Both the position numbers and the translations under genes were made by a program. Below are positions 10,634-20,826 of a stretch of 64,000 bases of DNA, in pieces; positions within the stretch are counted from its first letter, which is position 1, and each line of letters opens with the position of its first letter. The stretch is from positions 922 to 64,921 of the forward strand of contig JAQVJP010000001.1 in assembly GCA_028695145.1 (NCBI GenBank), given 5' to 3'. The notes under the pieces are model-generated. The model was not told where the DNA came from and did no database searches. It saw nothing but the letters and a program-made list of their open reading frames with translations. The stretch is from Eubacteriales bacterium (GTDB taxonomy: Bacteria; Bacillota; Clostridia; Saccharofermentanales; UBA5734).

Positions 10634-11824
10634 TCAGCGTCCGGCAATCATTGTTACCAGCATAATTATTAATCCACCGGCAACAATAGAACCAAGCTGT
10701 CCTGCTACATTGGCGCTGATAGCCTGCATGAGTATAAAATTACTTGGGTCTTCTTCTTTTGCCATACGCTGAACAACTCTTGCGGACATGGGAAAAGCAG
10801 ATATACCTGCAGCACCTATCATTGGATTTACTTTGCGCTTAAGGAACAGGTTGAGGAATTTAGCGAACAAAACACCTCCGGCTGTATCGAAGACAAAAGC
10901 GAAGAGACCAAGCAGCATGATGCCTGCGGTTTCCCAGCGAAGAAATTTATCAGCTACCATTGTTGAGCCGATTGTCAGACCAAGCAGTATAGTAACAAGA
11001 CTTGAAAGCTCATTTTGAGCCGCCTGTGAAAGTTTTTCCAAAACACCACATTCACGAATAAGATTACCAAACATGAGTGAGCCAACCAGCGGCGCGCTCA
11101 TGGGAACAATGATCCCGGCAATAATTGTAATTACTATAGGGAAAATTATTTTAACTATGCGAGGTACAGCTTCTTCATGGTAGTCCATTCGAATCAGTCG
11201 TTCATTTTTTGTTGTCAGAGCCCTGATGACCGGTGGTTGAATGATTGGTACCAATGACATATAAGAATATGCAGCAACCGATATTGGACCCATATATTCT
11301 TTTAGGTTGAAGTGGTTGGCAACATAAAGTGTAGTCGGGCCGTCTGCCGCACCAATGATACCAACTGCTGAAGCGAGATGCATCGCGTCTTGACCTGTGA
11401 TGCCAAGATAAGGCAACAAAATCAAAGTTAGAATAAATGTTGCGAATATACCAAATTGGGCAGCCGCTCCAAAAAAGATCATAAATGGATTTTTGAAGAG
11501 AGGAGTAAAGTCAATCATGGCGCCGACCGCTATGAATATCAGGATAGGGAAGAGCTCAGTCGCGATACCGGCATCGAAGAGGACTTTGAGAAAACCTGGT
11601 TCGCCTTCAACTCCGATTACGGCAGACATTCCCTCAATTGCTGGGGGCAGATTGGCAAGTATCGCACCAAAACCTATGGGCAGCAGAAGTGCCGGTTCGT
11701 AGTCCTTGGCAATTGCCAGATAAATCAATACAGCACTGATGGCAAACATAACAAGTGCTCTGATGCCTGCAGCGGTGCCCAAAAAGGCAACACCGTTAAA
11801 CAATTCACTGAATAATTCCTGCAT
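10634..11824 (-). CDS. oadB: Na+-translocating decarboxylase beta subunit (oxaloacetate/glutaconyl-CoA/methylmalonyl-CoA decarboxylase family)
   Basis: Polytopic membrane protein with LYLAIAKDYEPALLLPIGFGAILANLP and other OadB/GcdB-type blocks. Confidence 0.85.
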   Translation of the reverse strand: MQELFSELFNGVAFLGTAAGIRALVMFAISAVLIYLAIAKDYEPALLLPIGFGAILANLPPAIEGMSAVIGVEGEPGFLKVLFDAGIATELFPILIFIAVGAMIDFTPLFKNPFMIFFGAAAQFGIFATFILTLILLPYLGITGQDAMHLASAVGIIGAADGPTTLYVANHFNLKEYMGPISVAAYSYMSLVPIIQPPVIRALTTKNERLIRMDYHEEAVPRIVKIIFPIVITIIAGIIVPMSAPLVGSLMFGNLIRECGVLEKLSQAAQNELSSLVTILLGLTIGSTMVADKFLRWETAGIMLLGLFAFVFDTAGGVLFAKFLNLFLKRKVNPMIGAAGISAFPMSARVVQRMAKEEDPSNFILMQAISANVAGQLGSIVAGGLIIMLVTMIAGR

Positions 11825-11899
11825 GTTCTTTACCTTTCTTTCGGTTTTTCTTTATGCCTATACAAAATTCATACGAATTAAAATACAATTCAAAAACAA

Positions 11900-13111
11900 T
11901 TATTTGTTGATTTTTTCAAGAAGACTACGAATTTTTACCGTTGGATCCATCAAAGTAGAAAGTGATGCATCGTGATTAATAGCGTCAATCAAGAGAGCCA
12001 CAAATTTAGATGCGTCAACATCAACAAACCAGGAAGCTTCAAGCAGCTCGGGTCTTCGGTATATTAAATTACAGGCAAATACGCGAGAAATAAGTCCTTG
12101 CTCATATGCTTTGTTGAACTGATCAAGACCTTCTGTAAAAAGACCAAAAGTAGTAGCACAGAAAATTCTATTGGCTTTTCGCCCTTTCAACTCTCGAGCT
12201 ATATCAAGAATAGAATCACCTGAAGATATCATATCATCAACAACAATGATATCCATGCCTTCAACCGTATCCCCGAGGAACTCATGAGCCATAATCGGGT
12301 TTCTGCCATCGATTACCTTAGTATAATCTCTGCGTTTATAAAATGTACCAAGAGGAACTCCTAACATGGAGGCATAATACATGGCTCTTGAGATGCCTCC
12401 CTCGTCAGGGCTGACCACCATCAGTTTCCCATCTTTAACATTAAGATCTGGTGTTGTTTTGAAAAGAGCTTTTATTATTTGGTATGCAGAAGGGATACTC
12501 TCAAATCCACTTGTAGGAACCGCATTGGCAACTCGGTCATCGTGCGCGTCAAATGTAATTACGTTATTTATCCCAAGACTATAGAGCTCTTCAAGCATAT
12601 GTGCACAATCAAGTGATTCTCGAGCGTTTCTCTTGTGCTGTCTGCTCTCATATAAAAATGGCATTATTACATTTATTCTTCGTGCCTTACCGCTTATCGC
12701 AAGAATTACACGTTTTAAGTCCTGATAATGATCATCAGGACTCATATGATTAATTAATCCATGCATCTTATATGTACACGAATAGTTCATAACATCGGAA
12801 ATAATAAAAATGTCATGACCACGAACGGTATTATTAATAACTGCTTTACCTTCGCCAGATGAAAAACGAACATTCGAAACCTGAATTCTATAATCCTGTC
12901 GCATAAACCCAGGATATATTTCATTAACTTCAGGTCTTAACTCCATATATTCGGTTCTTCTCTGAACAAGGAAACTATTGACCTTGCTGGAAAACTCGGC
13001 ACTGCCAATAAGTGGAATAATGCCGATAGGCCCCACAGGTGACATTAGATTGTTGCCGTATTGATTGTAGATGTTGTAGTTTTTGTCATCACATGACATG
13101 GTCTGGAACAT
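11900..13111 (-). CDS. prs: ribose-phosphate pyrophosphokinase-like protein, long form (paralogue 1)
   Basis: FSSGEGK, VRGHDIFII, IMPFLYESRQHKR, FDAHD, VVSPDEGG and the PRPP loop VVDDMISSGDS. About 400 aa, with an N-terminal extension and an internal insertion relative to ~315-aa Prs. Confidence 0.75.
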   Translation of the reverse strand: MFQTMSCDDKNYNIYNQYGNNLMSPVGPIGIIPLIGSAEFSSKVNSFLVQRRTEYMELRPEVNEIYPGFMRQDYRIQVSNVRFSSGEGKAVINNTVRGHDIFIISDVMNYSCTYKMHGLINHMSPDDHYQDLKRVILAISGKARRINVIMPFLYESRQHKRNARESLDCAHMLEELYSLGINNVITFDAHDDRVANAVPTSGFESIPSAYQIIKALFKTTPDLNVKDGKLMVVSPDEGGISRAMYYASMLGVPLGTFYKRRDYTKVIDGRNPIMAHEFLGDTVEGMDIIVVDDMISSGDSILDIARELKGRKANRIFCATTFGLFTEGLDQFNKAYEQGLISRVFACNLIYRRPELLEASWFVDVDASKFVALLIDAINHDASLSTLMDPTVKIRSLLEKINK

Positions 13112-13183
13112 TTAAACCCTCCCGATTAGCACATCAAAAATTGGTTTCCAAAGTGTTTAGTATGAACTCGAGCACGCACTATG

Positions 13184-14401
13184 TCAATTATTTGGCCTGT
13201 TTTTATAAAATTCCAGCAATTTGTTGATTTTTGTAGTGGGTGAGATGAGTTTTGATAGTGAAGCATCATGATTAACAGCATCAATTAACAAAGAAACGTA
13301 ACGTGCCATATTTGCCTCTATAAACCAAGGAGCCTGCTGCAATTCATCAGAACGATAAATCAAATTTGTCGCAATTATATTTGAAATAACTCCTTCGGAA
13401 TATGCCGCGTTAAAACCTGATAAGCCCTCTGTAAACTGGGCAAAAGAAGCAATACCGAAAATTCTGGAAGCTCCTCTTGACTTAAGATCATATGCTGCTT
13501 TTAGCATTGTTTTACCTGTGACAATCATATCATCAATTATCAAAATATCTTTACCACTTACATCGTCACCAAGAAACTTCTTGTCTACAGTCTGATAATC
13601 TCCGGAAATTTTTTTCTGATAATCTATTTTTTTGTAATATGTGCCGAGAGGGACTTCGAGCATCGATGCATAATATATAGCTCGGTTGATACCACCTTCG
13701 TCAGGACTGACAACCATAGTATGATCAGCATCAAGCTTAAGGTCATTTACTGACCTGATAAGAGATTCAATTATTTGGTAAGATGTAGGTAAATTTTCAA
13801 AACCACCAAGAGGAATGGCATTTGAAACACGACTATCATGAGCGTCAAAAGTGAAAATGTTACTTACATTATAGTTATAAAGCTGACGCAGCATAGCCGC
13901 GCAATCAAGAGATTCTCTGCTTGTTCGTCTGTCCTGTCTGCCTTCGTAAAGATATGGCATGATAAGATTAATGCGTCGAGCATGTCCGCTAACTGCCAGT
14001 ATAATTCTTATGAGGTCTTGATAATGATCATCCGGCCCCATACTGACTTCTTCTCCGAATCGTCTGTATGTGCTCGAATGATTCAATACATCAGTGATTA
14101 TAAATAAATCATGGCCACGTACCGACTGTTCAATTATTGCTTTACCCTCACCAGAAGTGAAACGAGGAGCTGACACTGGTATACGGTAATCTATACGCAT
14201 GAAGCCCGGAGTCTGGGAGAGCTCCGGGTGTTTTGATAAATATATGGCTCTTCTATTACGTAGAAAATAATTGACTGAACCGGCAAATTCAGGGTCAACA
14301 TTTAATGTGATAAGGGCAATTGGTCCTACAGGGGGCATAGGATTGTCACCATATTGGTTATATAAATAATAATTCTTATCATCACGGTGTTTTGGTGACA
14401 T
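13184..14401 (-). CDS. prs: ribose-phosphate pyrophosphokinase-like protein, long form (paralogue 2)
   Basis: Collinear with the neighbouring paralogue: FTSGEGK, VRGHDLFII, IMPYLYEGRQDRR, FDAHD, VVSPDEGG and IIDDMIVTGKT. Confidence 0.75.
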   Translation of the reverse strand: MSPKHRDDKNYYLYNQYGDNPMPPVGPIALITLNVDPEFAGSVNYFLRNRRAIYLSKHPELSQTPGFMRIDYRIPVSAPRFTSGEGKAIIEQSVRGHDLFIITDVLNHSSTYRRFGEEVSMGPDDHYQDLIRIILAVSGHARRINLIMPYLYEGRQDRRTSRESLDCAAMLRQLYNYNVSNIFTFDAHDSRVSNAIPLGGFENLPTSYQIIESLIRSVNDLKLDADHTMVVSPDEGGINRAIYYASMLEVPLGTYYKKIDYQKKISGDYQTVDKKFLGDDVSGKDILIIDDMIVTGKTMLKAAYDLKSRGASRIFGIASFAQFTEGLSGFNAAYSEGVISNIIATNLIYRSDELQQAPWFIEANMARYVSLLIDAVNHDASLSKLISPTTKINKLLEFYKNRPNN

Positions 14402-14484
14402 TTTTCAACCTCCTGCTGTTATACTATAAGTCTCAGCATGCATATTATAACGTAAATCAGTTCTTATTTGAACAGGAGGATAAA

Positions 14485-15096
14485 ATGGCTGTAAATTTTC
14501 GTAAAACAGTATTCAAAGGCGTAGCTGCAAGGCTTGATCAATGCCCTGGGGATAATTTACCAGAAATAGTGATGTCAGGACGTTCTAATGTAGGTAAGTC
14601 TTCTTTGATCAATTTGCTTGCAGGTCAAAACAAACTCGCAAGAGTCAGTAATACACCGGGCAAAACAAGAATGGTTATATATTTCTTAGTCGATGACAGG
14701 TTTTATCTGACAGATTTACCTGGATACGGTTATGCTAAGGTTTCAAAAAAAACAAAAGCAGAATTTTCTGAGCTTGTAGATCAATACTTATCCGCTTCAC
14801 GACCTATTTCAATGGTCTTACACCTGATGGATATACGCCATAAACCAAGTGAACATGATCTGCAGATGATAGAATGGTTATCGTCTAATCAAATTCCCTG
14901 GCGTTTAGTTTTGACCAAGAGTGATAAACTAAGCAGAGCCCAGATTAATAAACAGCTGCAAGTATTGAGCAAGGTTCAAGGTATGCAGTCAGCACCGAAG
15001 CCTATGGTTTTTTCTGCTATAAATAAACAAGGCTTGCATGAAATGCGGGAGCTAATCGCTGGTGTTTTTGATGATATACCTTTGAAAACAGATTAG
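14485..15096 (+). CDS. engB: ribosome biogenesis GTP-binding protein YsxC/EngB
   Basis: G1 GRSNVGKSSLIN, DLPGYGYA and TKSDK motifs. ATG 14485 follows AGGAGGA. Confidence 0.9.
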   Translation: MAVNFRKTVFKGVAARLDQCPGDNLPEIVMSGRSNVGKSSLINLLAGQNKLARVSNTPGKTRMVIYFLVDDRFYLTDLPGYGYAKVSKKTKAEFSELVDQYLSASRPISMVLHLMDIRHKPSEHDLQMIEWLSSNQIPWRLVLTKSDKLSRAQINKQLQVLSKVQGMQSAPKPMVFSAINKQGLHEMRELIAGVFDDIPLKTD

Positions 15097-15224
15097 TATT
15101 TGCAGATCAAGCAAATTAAGTATGCTTGTTATTTTGTCAGGTTTTGTTGTCTTTTGTCGTTTTGTTAATGCGTAGAATTCACGGAAATTCTGTCATACTT
15201 TGTGTAAAAGGCTGGCAGGTGAAG

Positions 15225-17822
15225 ATGAATAGCAAAAACAGAATTCAACATTGGGATAATAAGACTGCAGAGATTAGCAGATTAGTAAGTATACGTGATC
15301 TTGTTGCGCATATTATTATGCGTCCGGGGATTGTTATATTTGCAATCATTGGTCTATCCAGTCTGCTGGCAATTAGTGAAATAAATAAAATTGTATCTGT
15401 TATTATAATTATCGTGATTTCTTCAACATGCTTGCTTCTCTACATAGGAGCAGGAAACGAAATAAGAAGCTTTACTTTTTGCTTTTATGTTGCGGTTATC
15501 CCGATTTTTCTACTGTTCTTCTTTCAGAGCTCGAATAATAACAATATCGCCAAAAAAACAAGCAGATTATTGGCTGGCAGAAGTGAAACAGCAATTGGTA
15601 GAGTTGTTTCCTATCCTCCTGTTGATAATAATAGTAATGGCTGGAGCAATGTTACTGTCAAATTAAATAATGGTTCCCATATAAGCTTAACTGGTCCTGC
15701 TGAGAAAATGCGCTATGGAGCAGTGTTGGAATTTTTTGCTGATTGGCAACTCCCCGATGTTGCCCGTAACCCAGGCGGCTACTCTCATGCTGAAAATCTT
15801 GCGTCTAAGGGTATTTATTTATGTGGTCTGTTATCTGGGAAATGTGAAGTAGTTTCAGTAAAACAAAATGCTGATGTGTTTTTATCTAACATGGCTTGGA
15901 TGATAAGACAAAAACTCTACTACGCGGCTCGTAATATTCTTGAAGATGGAAAAAGCCGTTTGCTGACTGCATTGCTTGTTGGTGAGAATAAACTACTTGA
16001 TCCAGCTCAAAAAGTGATATTCAGAAGATCTGGTTTATCACATTTGACATCGGTATCAGGCACACATGTTGCCAGTGTTTTTATTCCTCTGAATATTATT
16101 TCAAATATTGTTTCCCGCAAAAGGAAACAATCAGCAATAATTCAAATATGTGTTTTGTTTCTGTTTGGGACAGTCACTGGATGGAAAACAGGTGTAATGC
16201 GATCTGTGATAATGCTGACAGTTTTGATTATTATTGGGATGCGCGATAAAAATAAAGATACTGGCAATATTCTCGGTTTAACCGGTGGTTTGATGATTTT
16301 TACCGATTATAACTTAATCATGCAGGTTGGCTTCTGGCTAAGTTTTGGTGCTGCTTCAGTTCTGGCACTTATTGTCAATCCTGTTTCTGAAAGAATACAG
16401 ACAGTGTTTTTAAATAGATATAACAAATTGTTACCGAAGCCCGTTGTTAATTCTCTGTGCGCGGTAATTTTGTTACAGCTTGTATTGATGCCGTTAACAA
16501 CAAAAATGTCAGGTGAAGTTTTCTGGCTGGCTTGGTTGTATAATATACCAGCTCTACTCTTGACGACATTAATATGTACATTATCAGTATTTTTAATACC
16601 AATTCTAACAGTGGTAAATCTATTGTCGATTGTTAGTAATTTCAATACTCTGAAGGTGGCCGCTGGAATTTGTGATAGGTTTGCCGGCTTAGTTGTAGAT
16701 TTGCCGCTTGAACTGCTTTTGAAAATAGCCTATGCAGGTTCGTCAGCTAAACTTAGGACTTCAATCAATTCGTTCAATTGTTTCATGTTTGTCGGGGTTT
16801 ATATAACACTAATTTGGTTATGGTTTAAGTATATCAAGTTGCGACATTTCCATTACCCTTTTATCTCAGCTTTTTGTGGACCTTGTTTTTTATCAGCAGG
16901 ATTAGTAATTTCCTGTCTGCAATTCGCATTATCGCCTGTTTGGACATGCTATTTTCTTGATGTAGGACAGGGGGATTGTTTGCTGATTCATAATAGGTTT
17001 AAGGACAGAGCTGTACTTATTGATACAGGACCTGAAGGCAGTGGATATTATGATGTATTACCATGTATGACAGTGCTTGGAATAGATAGTATTGACCTTG
17101 CCCTTATCACTCATGGCCATTCTGATCATGTTTCCGGTGCTGTTGAGCTGATGCAACTTGGCTTAATAGAATCAATTGCTTTGCCTAAAACAGATTCTGT
17201 GACGGAGATAATACTCTCATTAGATGATAGTTCTAAAATAATCGATTCGGCAGGCCGCAATAGTTTTGTTGAGGAGGATTTAACTAAGCAAGTTGTAGAT
17301 ATGGCTAATGACATGAATGTCCCTATAATACAACTGGGAAAAGGTGATCTGATAGAATTGCCTGATGCTGGGATTATAAGCATAATTAGTCCGGATCAGA
17401 ATAATCAGAAAATAGATTATGAAAAAGATGTCAATAATACATCAATAATATCGACTTTTAGCTGGAGTGACTGTAAATTATTATTGCTGGCAGATTTAAC
17501 TGAGGATTTGGAGTGCGACTTAATGAATGAATGGCAGTCAGCAAATTTGATCAAAGTTGCTCATCACGGGTCAAAATTTACGACTGGCGAAGAGTTTATA
17601 AACATAGTTAATCCTCAACATGCTGTAATAAGCTCCGGTAAAAATAATTATGGTCATCCAGCACAAGAGGTTATAGACAGATTGGTTTCAGCAGACAGCC
17701 AGGTATGGCGCACAGATAAATGTGGCTGTGTGATTGTTGATCTGTTCAAGGAGCGGTATACTGTTCGTACCTATGTAGATATTAATCGTGAACAGGAGAG
17801 TAATAGTGCCGACTGGAAGTAA
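15225..17822 (+). CDS. comEC: DNA internalisation-related competence protein ComEC/Rec2
   Basis: Polytopic competence domain (SGLSHLTSVSGTHV) plus a C-terminal metallo-beta-lactamase domain (FLDVGQGDC, HGHSDH, VAHHGS). ATG 15225 follows GGCAGGTGAAG. Confidence 0.9.
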   Translation: MNSKNRIQHWDNKTAEISRLVSIRDLVAHIIMRPGIVIFAIIGLSSLLAISEINKIVSVIIIIVISSTCLLLYIGAGNEIRSFTFCFYVAVIPIFLLFFFQSSNNNNIAKKTSRLLAGRSETAIGRVVSYPPVDNNSNGWSNVTVKLNNGSHISLTGPAEKMRYGAVLEFFADWQLPDVARNPGGYSHAENLASKGIYLCGLLSGKCEVVSVKQNADVFLSNMAWMIRQKLYYAARNILEDGKSRLLTALLVGENKLLDPAQKVIFRRSGLSHLTSVSGTHVASVFIPLNIISNIVSRKRKQSAIIQICVLFLFGTVTGWKTGVMRSVIMLTVLIIIGMRDKNKDTGNILGLTGGLMIFTDYNLIMQVGFWLSFGAASVLALIVNPVSERIQTVFLNRYNKLLPKPVVNSLCAVILLQLVLMPLTTKMSGEVFWLAWLYNIPALLLTTLICTLSVFLIPILTVVNLLSIVSNFNTLKVAAGICDRFAGLVVDLPLELLLKIAYAGSSAKLRTSINSFNCFMFVGVYITLIWLWFKYIKLRHFHYPFISAFCGPCFLSAGLVISCLQFALSPVWTCYFLDVGQGDCLLIHNRFKDRAVLIDTGPEGSGYYDVLPCMTVLGIDSIDLALITHGHSDHVSGAVELMQLGLIESIALPKTDSVTEIILSLDDSSKIIDSAGRNSFVEEDLTKQVVDMANDMNVPIIQLGKGDLIELPDAGIISIISPDQNNQKIDYEKDVNNTSIISTFSWSDCKLLLLADLTEDLECDLMNEWQSANLIKVAHHGSKFTTGEEFINIVNPQHAVISSGKNNYGHPAQEVIDRLVSADSQVWRTDKCGCVIVDLFKERYTVRTYVDINREQESNSADWK

Positions 17823-18966
17823 AGCGAAAAAAACAGCTGATATCTTAAATTATGCAAAAGTAAAATCTCAAATCAGATCAGGTGAGATTCACTCTGTTTA
17901 TTTGTTGTGTGGTGATGAAGCCTTTTTGATAGATAAACTTGTTCATAGCCTGCAGGAATTTGTACTTGAGCCTGCTTCAGCTGATTTGGATCGAGTTAAA
18001 TATGATATTGATGGTAATTCAAATCGATTAGACCTTAATAAGCTGAAGGCTGAAATTCAGACACCGCCATTTATGTCCAAGCGGAAGTTGATAATTGTTA
18101 AAAACAGTGGACTATTTACTGCTGGTAACGGACGCAGATCCTCAGTTGAAAAGAAGCAAGACGAGTCTGATGATAGTGACAATGGTGGTTTCGATCTTAA
18201 TTCAAATACAGGAAGTCATAAGGATAGACAAAACGCATTATTGGAACTTATCGCACAGGTAAGTGATCAAACATGTCTTGTGTTTGTTGAAGCCAAGTTT
18301 GACAAAAGACTAAAATCAATGATTAAAGTAGTTCAGGAAAATGGAATTGTAGCTGAGATGCCATATGAGAACCCTAAGATTCTTAAACAATGGGTTGAAG
18401 CCGAATGCAAACAGAGAGGACTGACAATAACATCTGGAGCAGCAGACAGCCTTGTAGACAGATGCGAATTAAGCATGCGTGTTATCTGGTCTGAAATGGA
18501 AAAACTGTTTTTGTATACAGAGTATGTTAAAACTAATGGAATAGATGAAGAAACAATTGATTTGATTAGTCTTCCTGATTTAAGAGGTAATATATTTGAC
18601 TTGACTGATGCTATTTCAAAAGGTGATACTGGCCGTGCGCTGGTGCTTCTTGACACTTTGATTCGTCAACGTCAGCCACTTCAGCTCATTCAATTTATGT
18701 TCGCACGCCACTTCCGACAGTTGATTTGTGCTGCTGAATCAAGAGACTCAAATTTACTTATTAAGAAGCTGAAAGTTCCACCATTTGTTGCTGGTCGGTT
18801 ACTCCAGCAAGCTCGACAGTTCAGTCTGCCGGTGATGGAAAGAATCTATGAACTGAGTTTTGAAAGTGACATGATGGTAAAAACTGGTAGGATGAATGAT
18901 CGACTTGTAGTTGAAACATTGATAGTTAGAGCTGGTGAAGCTGCAAAAATTCAATCCCGGCGTTGA
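17806..18966 (+). CDS. holA: DNA polymerase III subunit delta
   Basis: Follows comEC as in most Firmicutes. VYLLCGDEAFLI N-terminus and delta-subunit-like helical C-terminus. GTG 17806 follows AGGAGAG and overlaps the comEC end. Confidence 0.8.
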   Translation: MPTGSKAKKTADILNYAKVKSQIRSGEIHSVYLLCGDEAFLIDKLVHSLQEFVLEPASADLDRVKYDIDGNSNRLDLNKLKAEIQTPPFMSKRKLIIVKNSGLFTAGNGRRSSVEKKQDESDDSDNGGFDLNSNTGSHKDRQNALLELIAQVSDQTCLVFVEAKFDKRLKSMIKVVQENGIVAEMPYENPKILKQWVEAECKQRGLTITSGAADSLVDRCELSMRVIWSEMEKLFLYTEYVKTNGIDEETIDLISLPDLRGNIFDLTDAISKGDTGRALVLLDTLIRQRQPLQLIQFMFARHFRQLICAAESRDSNLLIKKLKVPPFVAGRLLQQARQFSLPVMERIYELSFESDMMVKTGRMNDRLVVETLIVRAGEAAKIQSRR

Positions 18967-18992
18967 CTCAATCAGCTATGCTTCACTATAAT
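18963..18992 (+). promoter_or_regulatory. sigma-A-type promoter upstream of icd
   Basis: TTGACT (18963-18968), an 18-nt spacer, then TATAAT (18987-18992), about 70 nt upstream of the icd GTG. Confidence 0.5.
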
Positions 18993-19062
18993 ATGCAAGA
19001 TGAAATAGATTTTAATTGCTTGATGGCCGGTAGAACCGGTGATAATAATGGAGGTATAACAC

Positions 19063-20265
19063 GTGAGTAAAATTGCAATGAAAACCCCGCTTGTTGAGAT
19101 GGATGGAGATGAAATGACCAGAATTATCTGGAAACAGATCAAAGACATCGTAATTGAACCGTTTGTCGATCTGAAGACAGAGTATTTTGATCTTGGACTT
19201 GAGTATCGTGACCAGACAAACGATCAGGTTACAGTTGATTCTGCAATAAGAACACAAGAGCTTGGTGTCGCTGTCAAATGCGCGACAATTACTCCGAATG
19301 CTCAACGTGTAGAAGAATATAAGTTGAAAGAAATGTGGAAAAGTCCAAACGGTACAATCAGAGCTATTCTCGATGGAACTGTTTTTCGTGCTCCTATTAT
19401 GACAAGTTGTATAACTCCTTTTGTTTCCAGTTGGAAACAGCCTGTTACAATTGCTCGTCATGCATACGGTGATGTTTATCGCGATTCTGAAATGGTTATT
19501 GATGGGGCTTGTAAGGCTGAACTTCTTTTGACAATGCCTGATGGCAGTACAAAAAAGCAAATTATTCACAGCTTCGACGGCCCCGGTGTGCTACTTGGTA
19601 TGCATAACACCGATAAATCAATTTATAGTTTTGCCAGATCCTGTTTTAATTATGCGCTTGATGTGAAACAGGACCTATGGTTTGCTACAAAGGACACTAT
19701 ATCTAAACAGTATGATCATCGTTTTAAAGATATTTTTGCTGAAGTTTTTGCCGCTGAATTTAAAGAAAAATTTGAAGCTGCTAATATCGAGTATTTTTAT
19801 ACCCTGATAGATGATGCGGTCGCTCGTATTATGCGTTGTGAGGGCAATATAATCTGGGCGTGCAAAAACTATGATGGGGATGTCATGTCTGATATGATAG
19901 CTTCTGCTAATGGCAGCCTTGCAATGATGACATCTGTACTTGTATCACCTGACGGAAAATATGAGTACGAAGCTGCTCATGGAACTGTTACAAGACATTA
20001 TTATCGTTATCTCAAAGGACAGAAAACATCTACCAATCCAATGGCAACACTTTTTGCCTGGACCGGTGCTCTTCGCAAGAGAGGCGAGCTTGATGGTATT
20101 GATGACCTTATGGCTTATGCGGATGCGGTGGAAACTGCGGCAATTGAGACAATTGAATCGGGTATTGTAACTGGTGATCTTAAAAACCTGATGAATCATG
20201 AAAATATAAGAGTTGTAGATACGGAAGATTTCTTGCGCGAAATAGCAGCGAATATCAAATTATAG
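19063..20265 (+). CDS. icd: NADP-dependent isocitrate dehydrogenase (type II, eukaryote-like ~400 aa form)
   Basis: [44 protein letters not shown] and NYDGDVMSD motifs. Confidence 0.9.
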   Translation: MSKIAMKTPLVEMDGDEMTRIIWKQIKDIVIEPFVDLKTEYFDLGLEYRDQTNDQVTVDSAIRTQELGVAVKCATITPNAQRVEEYKLKEMWKSPNGTIRAILDGTVFRAPIMTSCITPFVSSWKQPVTIARHAYGDVYRDSEMVIDGACKAELLLTMPDGSTKKQIIHSFDGPGVLLGMHNTDKSIYSFARSCFNYALDVKQDLWFATKDTISKQYDHRFKDIFAEVFAAEFKEKFEAANIEYFYTLIDDAVARIMRCEGNIIWACKNYDGDVMSDMIASANGSLAMMTSVLVSPDGKYEYEAAHGTVTRHYYRYLKGQKTSTNPMATLFAWTGALRKRGELDGIDDLMAYADAVETAAIETIESGIVTGDLKNLMNHENIRVVDTEDFLREIAANIKL

Positions 20266-20307
20266 GAAGGAGCGGTCTGCAGGCATGTACTTGCGGATGT
20301 TTTAAAA

Positions 20308-20826
20308 ATGAGTTATTTCGAAGAATGGCAAAATAGAATAGAAGATACTTCTAATCCAGAAGCGTATAATGATTTTGTTCAAAAATATTATCAGTTGGAA
20401 CAAAATGCTTATGATCAGGTATTGCAAAAAGGAAGTGCTGAAATTAGTGGAGTTGCTTCTGAAATTGCGGTTGAGCTCGGCTTTGCTGACGATATGGTAA
20501 TTTTTACAGGTTTCCTTGATGGTATTCAGACAAGTCTTAAAAATACAGTTGACTTGGCTTCAGTAGCTGATGATACAACAATTGATTTGAAAATTGATTT
20601 TGAAAAACTTTATTGGAATATGCACGATGCAAAAGCTGAATGGCTCTATAAACTTGACAGTTGGCAAAATGTTATTTCTGAAGATAGAAGAACAGAAATT
20701 GCCAAAGAATACAGAGAGTCGCAGATTGTACGTGTTGAGAAAATTGGAAGAAATGATCCATGCCCATGTGGTAGTGGCAAAAAGTATAAACAATGTTGCA
20801 TGAAAAAGCAGGAGGCAAGAACATGA
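20308..20826 (+). CDS. SEC-C metal-binding motif protein
   Basis: C-terminal [17 protein letters not shown], the same motif as the SecA C-terminus. Confidence 0.7.
   Translation: MSYFEEWQNRIEDTSNPEAYNDFVQKYYQLEQNAYDQVLQKGSAEISGVASEIAVELGFADDMVIFTGFLDGIQTSLKNTVDLASVADDTTIDLKIDFEKLYWNMHDAKAEWLYKLDSWQNVISEDRRTEIAKEYRESQIVRVEKIGRNDPCPCGSGKKYKQCCMKKQEART

Noticed and set aside
19012-19569. 185-aa minus-strand ORF in the track
   Set aside because: It is entirely antisense to the highly conserved icd gene, has a Cys/Asn/Phe-rich low-complexity translation, and has no RBS.
20752-20802. Sequence similarity between this segment and 44146-44196, considered as a possible DNA repeat or mobile fragment
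   Set aside because: Both encode the conserved SEC-C zinc-binding motif ([17 protein letters not shown]), in an accessory protein and in SecA. The nucleotide differences are mostly synonymous. It reflects protein-motif conservation, not a repeat element.
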